This document shows positions 20,337-30,400 of a DNA stretch of 64,000 nucleotides, piece by piece. This DNA is from an uncultured Verrucomicrobiae bacterium. Lineage in GTDB: Bacteria > Verrucomicrobiota > Verrucomicrobiia > Chthoniobacterales > JAFAMB01. The notes under the pieces are model-generated. The model was given only the letters and a program-made list of their open reading frames with translations, made no database searches and was not told where the DNA came from. The DNA lies in assembly GCA_963837955.1 (NCBI GenBank), contig CAWIPH010000002.1, positions 2,368,001 through 2,432,000 on the forward strand, given 5' to 3'. The translations under genes and the position numbers were made by a program. Positions within the stretch are counted from its first letter, which is position 1. Every line of letters starts with the position of its first letter.

Positions 20337-22637
20337 ATGAAACCCGCCCCCCCGCTTCGGTCAAACTCACGGTTTACTACTTCGTGGTTAGCTATTCTCT
20401 GTCTGATTTTTCTACTTGTCGGGACCCAGACATCGTCTTCCCAAGTGCAAACCGAGGTGTGGAATAACGGCGGAAAAGGAAATTGGTTCACTCCAACCAA
20501 CTGGACTCCGTTCGGTGTTCCGGGGCCCGCTCAAACCGCTGTCGTCAACACGGGCATAGCCCAAATTTTTGGAGGCAATGCCACGGTTAATAATCTATCC
20601 ATTGGCGTGCCCTTCGGCGCACTGCCGGCGGGCGGCGGAACAGTAGAGGTCGGCGGCGGGCATAGCCTGGTGGTCAACAATCTTTTGACGATCGGCCCCA
20701 ACGGAACGCTACAAATTGATGACGGCGCTGCTTTTCGAGTTTTCGGGGCGATTCAAAACAACGGGAACATCATTATGAGCTCCGGAAGCTTTTTTGGAGT
20801 CTTCGGGGGCACCGGCAGTATCACGAAAATCGGACCTGGCACGCTGCAAGAGAACGCCAGCCTAGATCCGGCCGCTCATGTCTTTGTTAATGGCGGTACG
20901 CTGATTGATGCCTCCGCCTCTCCCGGGATCATTGTCGTTACGGGGCCAACGAGCGTCCTCCGGGTAAACAGCGGCATTACGCTTGGAATAACTCCTATCG
21001 TTACTAACGGGGGAACAGTGGATAACTTTGGGCTGATCACGGTTGGTATCAATTACGGTCCGAGTGGCGGAAGCCTTATTAACGAGAGCGGTGGGCAGAT
21101 CTTTGGTAACATCAACCTAGGGAACGGTGCTAACACAGCTCAAATTTTCACTGGCAGCACCATTAATGGCGGTCTCAACCTCGGTCCGAGCACCGGTAGT
21201 ACCCTTATTCTGGACGGAGCCGGAACGCAGAACCTTAGCCAAGCCATTACGGGGACGATTACCAATTCTGGGTCGCTGACGAAGCAAGGCTCCGGGACCT
21301 GGATTGTCGATGAAGCGCTGAACGCACCTGTGTCCACCAAAGTGTTGGCAGGCATATTGCAGGTTAATCAAACGCTGACTTCTCCAGTTGTGACCGTTGA
21401 GGCTGGCGGGACACTTACCGGTCCGGGAACAATCGTTGGAACCCTCTTCAACTCGGGATTCCTTCAGCCGGGAGACGCGCCAGGGACCCTCACAATCTCT
21501 GGTAATTACACCCAGAGTTCGGCCGGTACTCTCAATATCCGGCTCGCCTCTACTTCCAGTTTCGATCGATTAATTATTGGCGGGCACGCAACCCTAGATG
21601 GCACCTTGCGGCTGACGCTGCTGAACGGATTCAAGCCAACTAGCGGTCAATTTAACATCTTGACCGCCGGCCTAGGGACAAGCGGAACGTTTCGAACGGT
21701 TATTAGCCCGCTCGGTGACCCTTTTCAGGTAGCCTATGGCAAAAATGGCATCGTTACTATCACGCCCGCTAGCGCCGCCGTGCCTACCCCGAGGCCGACG
21801 CCTGCCGTGCCTCACGTAGCAGCCGTCACTGCTGCTAATAAGAACCAAGTCCAGCTCGGGGACGGGACACCTATCAGCACGACGGCAATGCTGACTGATG
21901 CTTCATTTTACGGGTTCGGAACTCCGGCCGATCGCGCGCTGGAATCCGGCAAGAACGGGATCGCCATCTCATTCGACGCGGCTGAGTTCGATATCAAAGG
22001 GCAAAAGGGCGAGGTTTACACGTTGCCGATCAGTGGAGGGTACAAGCTCACGGACTGCGTGCGGCTCGATTATGTGATTCCTTTGCAATACGTGAAATTG
22101 CCGCATGACCATCTGTTTCAGGAGGGCTTGGTTCTCAATCTTCCCATAAACGTTATCCGCCGCTCGGATGTCCAACCCTGGACCTGGGATGTTACTCCCA
22201 CCGTGGCAATGGCCGAGGCCGGTACCAAGGAATTTATCGGAGGCGCTGCCCTGACCAACGTGATCAGCTACCGGTGGGGTGTTGTCACTCTCACCTACGG
22301 TAACTATATGAGCTTCTACGAAGGTAAAAGATGGACGACGGACGACATTAATTTTCCCAAACGCGTGAGCCAGCAGATCATGAAAAATGGGCTGAAAGTC
22401 ACTGTCCCATTTGGCAAGGATTGGGTGTTCGATGCTTATGGCATTTACACGCAGTACTTCCAATCCGCAGCTATTAGCTCGTACTACACGATTGGAGGTG
22501 AACTGGGCCGTCGCTTCTCCTGGAATTTCGAAGGCCAGCGAATCGACCTGGGCTTCTTCAGCCTGGGCTTTTACGCGGAGTTAGGGAATCGGTATAGCTC
22601 TGGTCATATCCAACTCGGTACTGCCTGGAATTTCTGA
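20337..22637 (+). CDS. Autotransporter-like surface protein: signal peptide, beta-helical passenger with PATR-like repeats, Pro linker, C-terminal beta-barrel
   Basis: GSITKIGPGTL, GSLTKQGSGTW, PGTLTISGNYTQSSAGTLNI, PTPRPTP linker, terminal LGTAWNF. Confidence 0.8.
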   Translation: MKPAPPLRSNSRFTTSWLAILCLIFLLVGTQTSSSQVQTEVWNNGGKGNWFTPTNWTPFGVPGPAQTAVVNTGIAQIFGGNATVNNLSIGVPFGALPAGGGTVEVGGGHSLVVNNLLTIGPNGTLQIDDGAAFRVFGAIQNNGNIIMSSGSFFGVFGGTGSITKIGPGTLQENASLDPAAHVFVNGGTLIDASASPGIIVVTGPTSVLRVNSGITLGITPIVTNGGTVDNFGLITVGINYGPSGGSLINESGGQIFGNINLGNGANTAQIFTGSTINGGLNLGPSTGSTLILDGAGTQNLSQAITGTITNSGSLTKQGSGTWIVDEALNAPVSTKVLAGILQVNQTLTSPVVTVEAGGTLTGPGTIVGTLFNSGFLQPGDAPGTLTISGNYTQSSAGTLNIRLASTSSFDRLIIGGHATLDGTLRLTLLNGFKPTSGQFNILTAGLGTSGTFRTVISPLGDPFQVAYGKNGIVTITPASAAVPTPRPTPAVPHVAAVTAANKNQVQLGDGTPISTTAMLTDASFYGFGTPADRALESGKNGIAISFDAAEFDIKGQKGEVYTLPISGGYKLTDCVRLDYVIPLQYVKLPHDHLFQEGLVLNLPINVIRRSDVQPWTWDVTPTVAMAEAGTKEFIGGAALTNVISYRWGVVTLTYGNYMSFYEGKRWTTDDINFPKRVSQQIMKNGLKVTVPFGKDWVFDAYGIYTQYFQSAAISSYYTIGGELGRRFSWNFEGQRIDLGFFSLGFYAELGNRYSSGHIQLGTAWNF

Positions 22638-22665
22638 GCTGGAACAACGTCGGCAGCGGCGACGC

Positions 22666-22788
22666 GTCCGACGAAGCCCGTGGTGATAATTCGAATTGGC
22701 GGTGAAGGGATTCGCGAAGTCGGAAGTGTCCGACGAAGCCTGTAGTGACAAACCGAATTACCGGTGAAGAGACTCGCGAAGTCGGAAG
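22666..22788 (+). repeat. Two ~62-bp family C units with a different loop sequence
   Basis: GTCCGACGAAGCC-N35-GCGAAGTCGGAAG twice. Confidence 0.8.
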
Positions 22789-23078
22789 CCGCGATTCAGG
22801 ATAGCCGAGCCTGCGAGGGTAGGGAACAGGCATATAGGTCGCCACGTTTTCAGCCGCGAAGCCGCGATTCAGGATAGCCTAGCCTGCAGGGCTAGGAACA
22901 GGCATATAGGTCGCCACGTTTTCAGCGGCGAAGCCGCGAGTCAAGATAGCCTAGCCTGCGGGGCTAGGGAACAGGCATATAGGTCGCCACGTTTTCAGCG
23001 GCGAAGCCGCGATTCAAGATAGCCTAGCCTGCAGGGCTAGGAACAGGCATATCTAAATGGCCAGCGCTGAAGGCGCGT
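22785..23078 (+). repeat. Tandem array, 4 copies of ~72-bp REP family D unit
   Basis: GAAGCCGCGATTCARGATAGCCTAGCCTGCAGGGCTAGGAACAGGCATATAGGTCGCCACGTTTTCAGCGGC repeated; ends in AGCGCTGAAGGCGCG. Confidence 0.9.
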
Positions 23079-23175
23079 TTCAACGCCAGATTCCCATGCC
23101 TCATTCCATCTGTTGACGAGATTGGATATCACACCAAATCGTTCCAGTCTGCACTGAGCGCTCTTTCACTGCTGA

Positions 23176-23958
23176 TCACGCTCTTATGCCGTCGTCAATA
23201 CCGGTAACACCGAAACGGTCACCAAGTAGGCCGCGAAATTCTGCCTCGCTCCCGATCATCCGCTCTGCCCGATTTCCTTCGATAGTCTCGATGAAGCGGT
23301 CGCCGCTGATCGTTAAACGCCCGGTCGGCGTGGCCATAGAGCAGATCGTCTTGCGCGTAAAGTGACTTGCCGGCGAAGTCTGGTGGTACTTGCACATTTC
23401 AGCGAAATCGTCGAGGCGGCGAGCAACGAGAGTAAAGAGGTATAGGGGTTCCCACGGTCCGTCCGGCGCGCGTTCGCGAATCAGCCAATCATCGCCATTG
23501 CGCGATAACAGAAACGTCTTTCGCGAATCGTTCTGCTCTATGTCAGCAACCACACGCAACGGTTCAAGGAACGCCTCGCCGAAACCGACGTCGACCAGAT
23601 AGGGCTGATCGAGATCGACTAGCAGCGCTAGATGATCAAATTCGGGACCGAAAGACCCTTCGCGATCGGCAGCGCGTGCAGACAGCAGGGTTACCTGAAA
23701 ACCGAGTGAGCTTAGCAAGAACGCAAATAGCCCATTGAGTTCGTAGCAGAAACCACCGCGACGGCGGCTAACGATCTTCTCAAAGAGACTCGCGAGATCG
23801 AGCCGAATCGGCCGTCCCAGGTGAATGTCCAGATTCTCAAATGGAACCCGGATCAGATGGGCATACTGAAGCCGGCGCAGGCTTTCGATGTCGACAGTGA
23901 TTGGCCCAACCAGACCAATCCGAGCCAGATAGGCAGGGACATTAAAAGCTTCAGACAT
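23176..23958 (-). CDS. Arylamine N-acetyltransferase
   Basis: VPFENLDI, RRGGFCYELNGLF, DHLALLV, YLVDVGFG (Cys-His-Asp triad). Confidence 0.93.
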   Translation of the reverse strand: MSEAFNVPAYLARIGLVGPITVDIESLRRLQYAHLIRVPFENLDIHLGRPIRLDLASLFEKIVSRRRGGFCYELNGLFAFLLSSLGFQVTLLSARAADREGSFGPEFDHLALLVDLDQPYLVDVGFGEAFLEPLRVVADIEQNDSRKTFLLSRNGDDWLIRERAPDGPWEPLYLFTLVARRLDDFAEMCKYHQTSPASHFTRKTICSMATPTGRLTISGDRFIETIEGNRAERMIGSEAEFRGLLGDRFGVTGIDDGIRA

Positions 23959-24041
23959 CCTCCGAGAATAAGTCACGGAAACGAGTGTGGACAAGCGAAC
24001 GTAATACTCTTGAAATTTGTGCAAATCAGGGAGCTAGTTCG

Positions 24042-25103
24042 CTAAGGAGTTGGAGGTTCGCCCATCCAGGCGCGCCGGAGAAGTTCACGGATTGGCTGAA
24101 GCTCGAGTTTTCGCGGATTCCAATACGGGTTCTGGGTTGCGAGCAGGGCAGCTTTTTCGATCCCGGCTTCTGGCATCCCAAGCTCTCGCAAGGAGCGTCT
24201 TGTTCCAAGTCGACCAGCAAGATCGTACAAGCCGACCCAGGCGTTTTTCGTTCCCAGTGCTTCGGCGATCGTACTCATCACGACAGGTTCGGCTGGCGAG
24301 TTATAGGCCGTTGCATGCGGCAAAATAACTGTATGAGTTTCCGCATGAGGAAGGTTGAATGTTCCTCCTAAGACGTGGCAAAGCTTATGGTGCAAGGACA
24401 TGCCGACAGCTCCCAAGCAAGTACCAGCGAGCCAGGCACCGTAGAGGGCGTCCGTGCGTGCGGATTCATCCTTTGAGTTTGTCACAATGGCCGGCAGACT
24501 CCGCACAAACGTTCGGATCGACTCCTCAGCCATCAGAGAAATAATCGGGTTACGGTCTTTTGCGTACAAGCCCTCAACGGCATGTGCGACCGCGTTCATG
24601 CCGCTAGTAACGCTGATCGGAATCGGCAGAGTGATCGTGAGTGCCGGGTCGTACAATACGACTTCCGGCAGAACCTTGAGGGTGCGCTTCGTCGTCTTTT
24701 GACCATCCTCGGTTTCGCCAAGGATCGGAGTCATCTCGGAACCGGCGTAAGTTGTGGGAATCACGATCTGAGGCAGATCTGTTCGCAGCGCGATGGCTTT
24801 CCCCAGGCCTATCGTGGAACCGCCTCCGAGCGCGACCGTACAATCCGCGTTAGCCGAACGAACAATTTCGGCCGCCCGTTCCGACACTGTGACGGGAGTG
24901 TGCATGACCGCGCCGGCAAATACGTCGACAGCAAGTCTGCCGATCTGTTGCGCTAAGTCTCTGGCCTGACTTTCCTGTCCGGGAGTGGATAACATGAGCG
25001 CTCGAGAGCAGCCAAGGCGTTCGATTTCCGAGGAAAGGTGGCTACGAATTCCGGCTCCAAAAAGCACGCGGCTCGGTAGCGCTTCGTAGGTAAAGTTCAT
25101 CAT
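24042..25103 (-). CDS. Maleylacetate reductase (Fe-ADH family)
   Basis: AVMHTPV, GGGSTIGLGKAIAL, PTTYAGSEMT, LHHKLCHVLGG, LPHAETH, NPYWNPR. Confidence 0.92.
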   Translation of the reverse strand: MMNFTYEALPSRVLFGAGIRSHLSSEIERLGCSRALMLSTPGQESQARDLAQQIGRLAVDVFAGAVMHTPVTVSERAAEIVRSANADCTVALGGGSTIGLGKAIALRTDLPQIVIPTTYAGSEMTPILGETEDGQKTTKRTLKVLPEVVLYDPALTITLPIPISVTSGMNAVAHAVEGLYAKDRNPIISLMAEESIRTFVRSLPAIVTNSKDESARTDALYGAWLAGTCLGAVGMSLHHKLCHVLGGTFNLPHAETHTVILPHATAYNSPAEPVVMSTIAEALGTKNAWVGLYDLAGRLGTRRSLRELGMPEAGIEKAALLATQNPYWNPRKLELQPIRELLRRAWMGEPPTP

Positions 25104-25178
25104 AAATTCTCTTCGCAAAAATCTAGATAAGCGTTCGGCCCGAAGGAAACGGGATCCTATCGAATTTGGGCCGCGTAG

Positions 25179-26246
25179 TTACTTCTTTTCGGATCGCTCA
25201 AGAACACTGGTTAAACCAGGCCCGACCGTAGTCTGCGGGTTCTGAAGGCGAACCCTGCGGCGCAACGGAAAGAACTGTATGTCAAATCTCTCTGCTAACA
25301 ATCCGGCAATCCCTTTTGGCATGGTCAGGGTCATAATAACGGCAAAGAGGCCGAGTAGCATTAAATACCAGGGACCCATGTCGGCGAAAAACTCGCGAAG
25401 TAAGAAAAAGAGGATAGTACCTAGCAGTGGTCCTTCCATTCTTCCGATACCGCCAATGACGACGATGAAAATGACAAATGCTGTCCAGTCATTGACACTG
25501 AAAGCCGCGTCGGGGCTGATGCGGAGTTTCTGAAGCGCGATCAGCGCACCGACGCTGCCCGTGGCGCTGGCTGTCAGTAAGTAGATTAGAAATTTGGTGC
25601 GGTAGTTATCAACGCCAACGCTCTCGGCCGCCGGTTCGCTATCTCGGATCGCTGTCAATGCGAGACCCCAGCGAGACCGAAGAATAAGATAAATAGTCGC
25701 CAGAACTACAACGATTAGTAGGAGACCGGTCCAGTAGATCATGTAGTCTCGAGCCACACGCGTCGGGGCCATACTCTGAACTATCTGGGTGGGCAGACTC
25801 GAACCAGAGCCACCTCCAAGTACGCTAATCTGGGCGAACGTTAGGCGGTAGACCTCGGCGACTACCCAGGTTCCAATAGCAAAGTAAGCACCTTTCAAGC
25901 GGAAAATTATCCAAGCGGTGGGAACTGCGAACAAGGCTGCGACGACACCGGCTAGCAATACTGCCAAGACCGGCGGCAGTCCCAGGAAAATCGTCAAGGC
26001 AAAGAGCGAATAGCCGCCAAGCCCGACAAAGGCTTGTTGGCCAATAGAAACGAGACCCGTATAACCAGCCAGCAAGTTCCAAAGACTGGCGAGAGCAAGG
26101 TAGGAGAAGATCTCGACCAGAAGGTATAATTCGGATCTTCCGCTGTAAAAGGGAGCGGCGACAAGAAGAACGAGAACCAGAAAACCGACGGCGGCGAAGA
26201 TGCGGCTACTCCGAGTGCTTCGCTCAATGCGAACGGCTTCTGTCAT
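25179..26246 (-). CDS. Branched-chain-type ABC permease (LivM-like)
   Basis: WNLLAGYTGLVSIGQQAF, LKGAYFAIGT, AIRDSEPAAESVG. Confidence 0.9.
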   Translation of the reverse strand: MTEAVRIERSTRSSRIFAAVGFLVLVLLVAAPFYSGRSELYLLVEIFSYLALASLWNLLAGYTGLVSIGQQAFVGLGGYSLFALTIFLGLPPVLAVLLAGVVAALFAVPTAWIIFRLKGAYFAIGTWVVAEVYRLTFAQISVLGGGSGSSLPTQIVQSMAPTRVARDYMIYWTGLLLIVVVLATIYLILRSRWGLALTAIRDSEPAAESVGVDNYRTKFLIYLLTASATGSVGALIALQKLRISPDAAFSVNDWTAFVIFIVVIGGIGRMEGPLLGTILFFLLREFFADMGPWYLMLLGLFAVIMTLTMPKGIAGLLAERFDIQFFPLRRRVRLQNPQTTVGPGLTSVLERSEKK

Positions 26247-26250
26247 AGCT

Positions 26251-27114
26251 TTAGCGAGTTCTTGGAAAGAAACCCTGCGGCCGCAGAGTGAGAATGGCGA
26301 GGAACACAATATGGCCAGCCAGGATCTGGTAGCCGGGATTGAGTCTGGCTCCGAGGGTTTGCGCGACGCCCAGAATCACTCCACCGACGAGCGTCCCCCA
26401 GAGGTCGCCTAAACCGCCAATGATGATCGCTTCAAACGCGAAAATCAGCCGGGTTGGCCCGATCGATGGGTCAAAATTTGCGCGGATCCCGAGAAAAACG
26501 CCTGCAATTGATACGATTGCCAGTGACAGAGCCATGGCAACACCAAAGAGATGAGCATTGTTTATCCCCATCAGTTGCGCGGCTTCTTGGTCGTCGGATA
26601 CGGAGCGGAAAGCTCGCCCCAGTTCGGTGTGGTAGAGAAGCAGTTGCAACGCGGCGATGACAGCAACGGCGACGATAAACATCAGGCACGGCAAGACCCC
26701 TACAGCCATGCCTGCTGGTAAATCGATGTGCAAAGTTTCCAGGTTGCCCGCATGCAGTCGGCGACTGTCAGCGCTGAAGATCTGAAGCAAGGCGTTTTGC
26801 AGAAAAACCGATAAGCCAAACGACACGAGAAGCGGCGGGAGGATGTCATCACCTAATGTGCGATTGAAAACCCCGCGCTGCAGGCCATAACCCAGCAACG
26901 CCATGAGCGGCACGACTAACACGAGAGAAACCAACGGATGAAGACCCAACCCTCCAGCTACCACCAGGGCGATGAACGCAGAAAAGACGATGAGATCGCC
27001 ATGGGCGATGTTGACCAGACGCATCACACCAAAGATGAGGGAGAGTCCGGCGGCAAAAAGCGCGTATAGTCCGCCCAGAAGTATGCCGTCCAATACGGTG
27101 CTCACCAGGTCCAT
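26251..27114 (-). CDS. Branched-chain-type ABC permease (LivH-like)
   Basis: GLSLIFGVMRLVNIAHG, AAQLMGIN, IIGGLG. Confidence 0.92.
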   Translation of the reverse strand: MDLVSTVLDGILLGGLYALFAAGLSLIFGVMRLVNIAHGDLIVFSAFIALVVAGGLGLHPLVSLVLVVPLMALLGYGLQRGVFNRTLGDDILPPLLVSFGLSVFLQNALLQIFSADSRRLHAGNLETLHIDLPAGMAVGVLPCLMFIVAVAVIAALQLLLYHTELGRAFRSVSDDQEAAQLMGINNAHLFGVAMALSLAIVSIAGVFLGIRANFDPSIGPTRLIFAFEAIIIGGLGDLWGTLVGGVILGVAQTLGARLNPGYQILAGHIVFLAILTLRPQGFFPRTR

Positions 27115-27118
27115 GACG

Positions 27119-27826
27119 CTACACTCCGAAATAAGCCTTAGTGATTTCCGCTCGACCGAGATTCGACGGTTTGCCTTCTAGCGCTACTCGTCCTTCTCGC
27201 AGACAATAGACGCGGTCTGAGACCGCCATGGCCTGCTTGATGTCCTGTTCCACAACTACCAGTGTTGTTCCGTTTGCAGTGATGTGCTCGAGTTGGGCAT
27301 AGATCTCTTTGATAATCACCGGCGCGAGCCCGAGGCTAATTTCGTCGCAAAGTAATAGTCTGGGGTTGGCCATTAGTGCCCGACCGAGCGCGACCATCTG
27401 CTGCTGTCCACCAGAGAGCGCCATCGCAGCCGCATGGCGTCTTTCCCTGAGCATAGGGAAGATCGCGTAGACGGCTTCGAGGTTCCACGGCCCCTGGCGT
27501 TTGCGGTAGGCGCCAATCAAGAGGTTTTCCTCGACCGATAAGGAGGGGAACAGGCGACGCCCCTCAGGAACCATCGAGATCCCTTGCGAAACTATGCGAT
27601 ACGCGGGGTCCCCGCCAATCGCCTTGCCGTCGAAGTAAATCGCTTCGGCCTTGGTCCGAACAAGTCCGGTGATGCTCTTCAGGAGGGTGGACTTGCCCGC
27701 TCCGTTCGAGCCGATAATGGCTACGGTCTCGGCCTGTTCGACCCGGAAGTCGATGCCAAAGAGTGCCTGGAAATCGCCATAGAACGCGATGAGGCCGCGG
27801 GCTTCGAGGAGGTTAGATTGCATCAT
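27119..27826 (-). CDS. ABC ATPase (LivF-like)
   Basis: GSNGAGKST, VPEGRRLF, LSGGQQQM, LLCDEISLGLAP. Confidence 0.93.
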   Translation of the reverse strand: MMQSNLLEARGLIAFYGDFQALFGIDFRVEQAETVAIIGSNGAGKSTLLKSITGLVRTKAEAIYFDGKAIGGDPAYRIVSQGISMVPEGRRLFPSLSVEENLLIGAYRKRQGPWNLEAVYAIFPMLRERRHAAAMALSGGQQQMVALGRALMANPRLLLCDEISLGLAPVIIKEIYAQLEHITANGTTLVVVEQDIKQAMAVSDRVYCLREGRVALEGKPSNLGRAEITKAYFGV

Positions 27827-28544
27827 CTTCCTCTCCCATGTAGATGTCTTTCACGGCGCGGCTCTCTACCACGGTGCGCGGCTCTCCGTCATCGATTTTC
27901 TTTCCGAAGTTGACGACCATGAGCCGATCAACGACAGCCAGTAATGCGTGCACCACGTGTTCGATCCAGATAATCGACACGCCGCGTGCCCGGATCCGGC
28001 CGATCTCTTCAACGAGCACTCGACATTCCTGCTCGGTCAGTCCTCCCGCGATTTCGTCAAGCAGTAGGACCTTTGGATTGGTTGCCAGAGCTCGGGCTAA
28101 CTCAAGGCGCTTGCGGTCCAATACCGTGAGACTACCCGCTCTGACATTCGACTTAGCTACCAGACCCGTCTCCTGCAGAATCTCGGCGCAGCGGCCATAT
28201 ACGGCGCGTTCCGGTTTTCCGTCTCCGAAAGCGGCGCCAACCAAGAGGTTCTCGAACACGGTCATTCCGGCAAAAGGGTGGGGGATCTGAAACGATCGAG
28301 CGATACCGCGGCGACACCGCGCGAATGCTCGCAGGCCGGTAATCTCAGCTCCTTCAAAGAATACTCGTCCACTGTCGGCCTTGGTAATTCCGGTGATAAT
28401 ATTAAACATTGTCGTCTTGCCGGAGCCGTTTGGGCCGATGACACCGAGAGCTTCGCCTTCGGCTAAATGCATGCTGAGGTTGTCCGTGGCCAGCACAGCC
28501 CCGTAACGCTTTGAGATAGATTCCAATCTGAGAACTACATTCAT
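27813..28544 (-). CDS. ABC ATPase (LivG-like)
   Basis: [30 protein letters not shown]. Confidence 0.93.
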   Translation of the reverse strand: MNVVLRLESISKRYGAVLATDNLSMHLAEGEALGVIGPNGSGKTTMFNIITGITKADSGRVFFEGAEITGLRAFARCRRGIARSFQIPHPFAGMTVFENLLVGAAFGDGKPERAVYGRCAEILQETGLVAKSNVRAGSLTVLDRKRLELARALATNPKVLLLDEIAGGLTEQECRVLVEEIGRIRARGVSIIWIEHVVHALLAVVDRLMVVNFGKKIDDGEPRTVVESRAVKDIYMGEEDDAI

Positions 28545-28652
28545 GCCGACGCGGCCTCCTTGCCTGAACAGTTAGTTACAAACACATTGTCCTGCCTTTG
28601 GGTAGACCCTTTTGTGTTAGCAGGGCTTGACCAGCAGCGGAATACGGGAAGA

Positions 28653-29963
28653 TCAGGCAAGAAGTTTCAACTTATCCTGCGCGGGAATGCTGGGAGCTGT
28701 CGAATTTTCACAAACCACCAGCTCGAAGCCTTTCTCTGTTTTTCGCCATTGACCAGCGACCAAAGGCGTCTTGCTGACGTTTTTAACCGGTTTGCCCGAC
28801 CACTTGATTGGTCCCACGATGGAGTTGTAATCAGTCGCTACGATAGCCTCCAGAATCGAAGCTGGTTCTCCCAAATTCTTAGTCCTTTTTAGCACATCGA
28901 TAGCAACCTCAAAAAGTGCATGCTGAAACCCGATCGGCTGGGTCCAACTGCGACTCGTCGAACGCTCATACGCATCGCACAGCTCCTTGGCGCTTTGTCC
29001 CGTCAGTCCCGACTTAAAAGGATGGCTCGGCGACCACCAGATCTCGGAAGAAAGGCCATCGGCGCGACTGCCCAGAGCCGTGACCGAAGCGGGGAAAAGG
29101 AGCGCTTTCCCGACCGTCACCACTTTAGGCTTAAAGCCTTGTTGCGCTGCCTGATTCCAGAAGGTCGCGAAATCCGGCGGTGTAACCACGCCGGTCACAA
29201 TTTCGACTCCTGCATTCTTGAAAGCGGAGATTTGCGATCCGTAGTCGTCGCTGAGCGGTTGGAAGCGTCCGGTGTCTATCAACTTGTAGCCGGTCTCTTG
29301 TAGAGCCGGGGGAAAACCAAGCTTAGCATCCCCCCAAGCATTCCCGTCTCCGTCGTTGGGAAAGAGAGCACCCACAACCTTATTCGTCTCGACGGTTTTC
29401 CAGAGAGCGAAGAACGAAGCAATCACGTCCTCTAAGCCCCAGAAAAAATGGTACGTCCAAGTGAAACCTTTGTCCGGCGTGCCGTGCCGACCGAAGAAGT
29501 ATGGCTGCCAGGGGGTGATACTAGTGATGCACGGGATCTCGTTAGCTTCGGCTTGGTCGGCGACCGGATTAGTAGTCTCCGGCGTACTCGAAGACACTAA
29601 CAAATCAACTTTCTCCTTGAGGATTAGATCGGCCGCGACTTCTGAAGCGCGGTTAGTCTTTGACTGGCTGTCCTTGCTGATGATTTGGATCTCATAGGTT
29701 ACCCCTCCGTTGGTAATCCCTTTCGCTAACGCAGTTCGAATTTGATCAAGGACAAACGCATCAGCTTCCGCAAACGGGGCAAGTGCTCCGGTGTGCGGAC
29801 TAACATGGCCAATCTTGATCACTTTCGAGGTGGCTGCTTTGGCGGTTGTGCCGTGCAAAATCGCTGGTCCAGCGATCGCAGTTGCGCCAATCGTCTTAAT
29901 AAAATCGCGCCGGCGCCAAAATCGGGATGAAGGATTCGAGGGTCTCATTGTCGGGGGACGCAT
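28653..29963 (-). CDS. ABC substrate-binding protein with Tat signal (start uncertain, 29948-30020)
   Basis: RRRDFIK twin-arginine motif, IKIGHVSPHTGALA, type I periplasmic binding fold. Confidence 0.9.
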   Translation of the reverse strand: MRPPTMRPSNPSSRFWRRRDFIKTIGATAIAGPAILHGTTAKAATSKVIKIGHVSPHTGALAPFAEADAFVLDQIRTALAKGITNGGVTYEIQIISKDSQSKTNRASEVAADLILKEKVDLLVSSSTPETTNPVADQAEANEIPCITSITPWQPYFFGRHGTPDKGFTWTYHFFWGLEDVIASFFALWKTVETNKVVGALFPNDGDGNAWGDAKLGFPPALQETGYKLIDTGRFQPLSDDYGSQISAFKNAGVEIVTGVVTPPDFATFWNQAAQQGFKPKVVTVGKALLFPASVTALGSRADGLSSEIWWSPSHPFKSGLTGQSAKELCDAYERSTSRSWTQPIGFQHALFEVAIDVLKRTKNLGEPASILEAIVATDYNSIVGPIKWSGKPVKNVSKTPLVAGQWRKTEKGFELVVCENSTAPSIPAQDKLKLLA

Positions 29964-30064
29964 AGAGTTGGGATTATATTCGGATGAAAACCGATGGCGG
30001 CCTAAACCGTTCGGCCTCACCCCGGGTCAGGCGAGTGCCCGGAAGCACCTAGTTGCTCAAAACT

Positions 30065-30098
30065 GTTCGTTAAACGAACGCCTGTACGATAATCGCCA
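30065..30098. promoter_or_regulatory. Two PcaR/PobR-type operator boxes upstream of the ABC operon
   Basis: GTTCG-TTAAA-CGAAC (30065-30079) and GTACG-ATAAT-CGCCA (30084-30098). Confidence 0.7.
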
Positions 30099-30145
30099 CC
30101 CTGCGACAAAGTGCCGAAACTGTCAATAGGAAACCGGTTCCCTCA

Positions 30146-30345
30146 CGTCGGTAGGGTGGGTCGCTCCCGTCGACCGCCGAAAATATCCGGTGACCAAAGC
30201 TCTTTTAGACCGGACCGCGTGCAATGGAACGATAACGGACGTGCGGGGAACAGATATGACGTCCCTCGTGCCCTTCGACGGGCCTAACAAGGCCGTGGCT
30301 TGTCATGGGGCTCGGCGGTCGATGGAGCGACGAGTCCTACCGACG
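30146..30345. repeat. GTAG-type REP doublet
   Basis: CGTCGGTAGGGTGGGTCGCTCCCGTCGACCGCCG vs CGGCGGTCGATGGAGCGACGAGTCCTACCGACG. Confidence 0.75.
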
Positions 30346-30400
30346 TTGGATTCGCCGATGCCATTTTTCTAGATGCCATTTTCTAAATCCTGGATCTTCC

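Noticed and set aside
22785..23078. CRISPR array
   Set aside because: Whole unit repeats with no unique spacers
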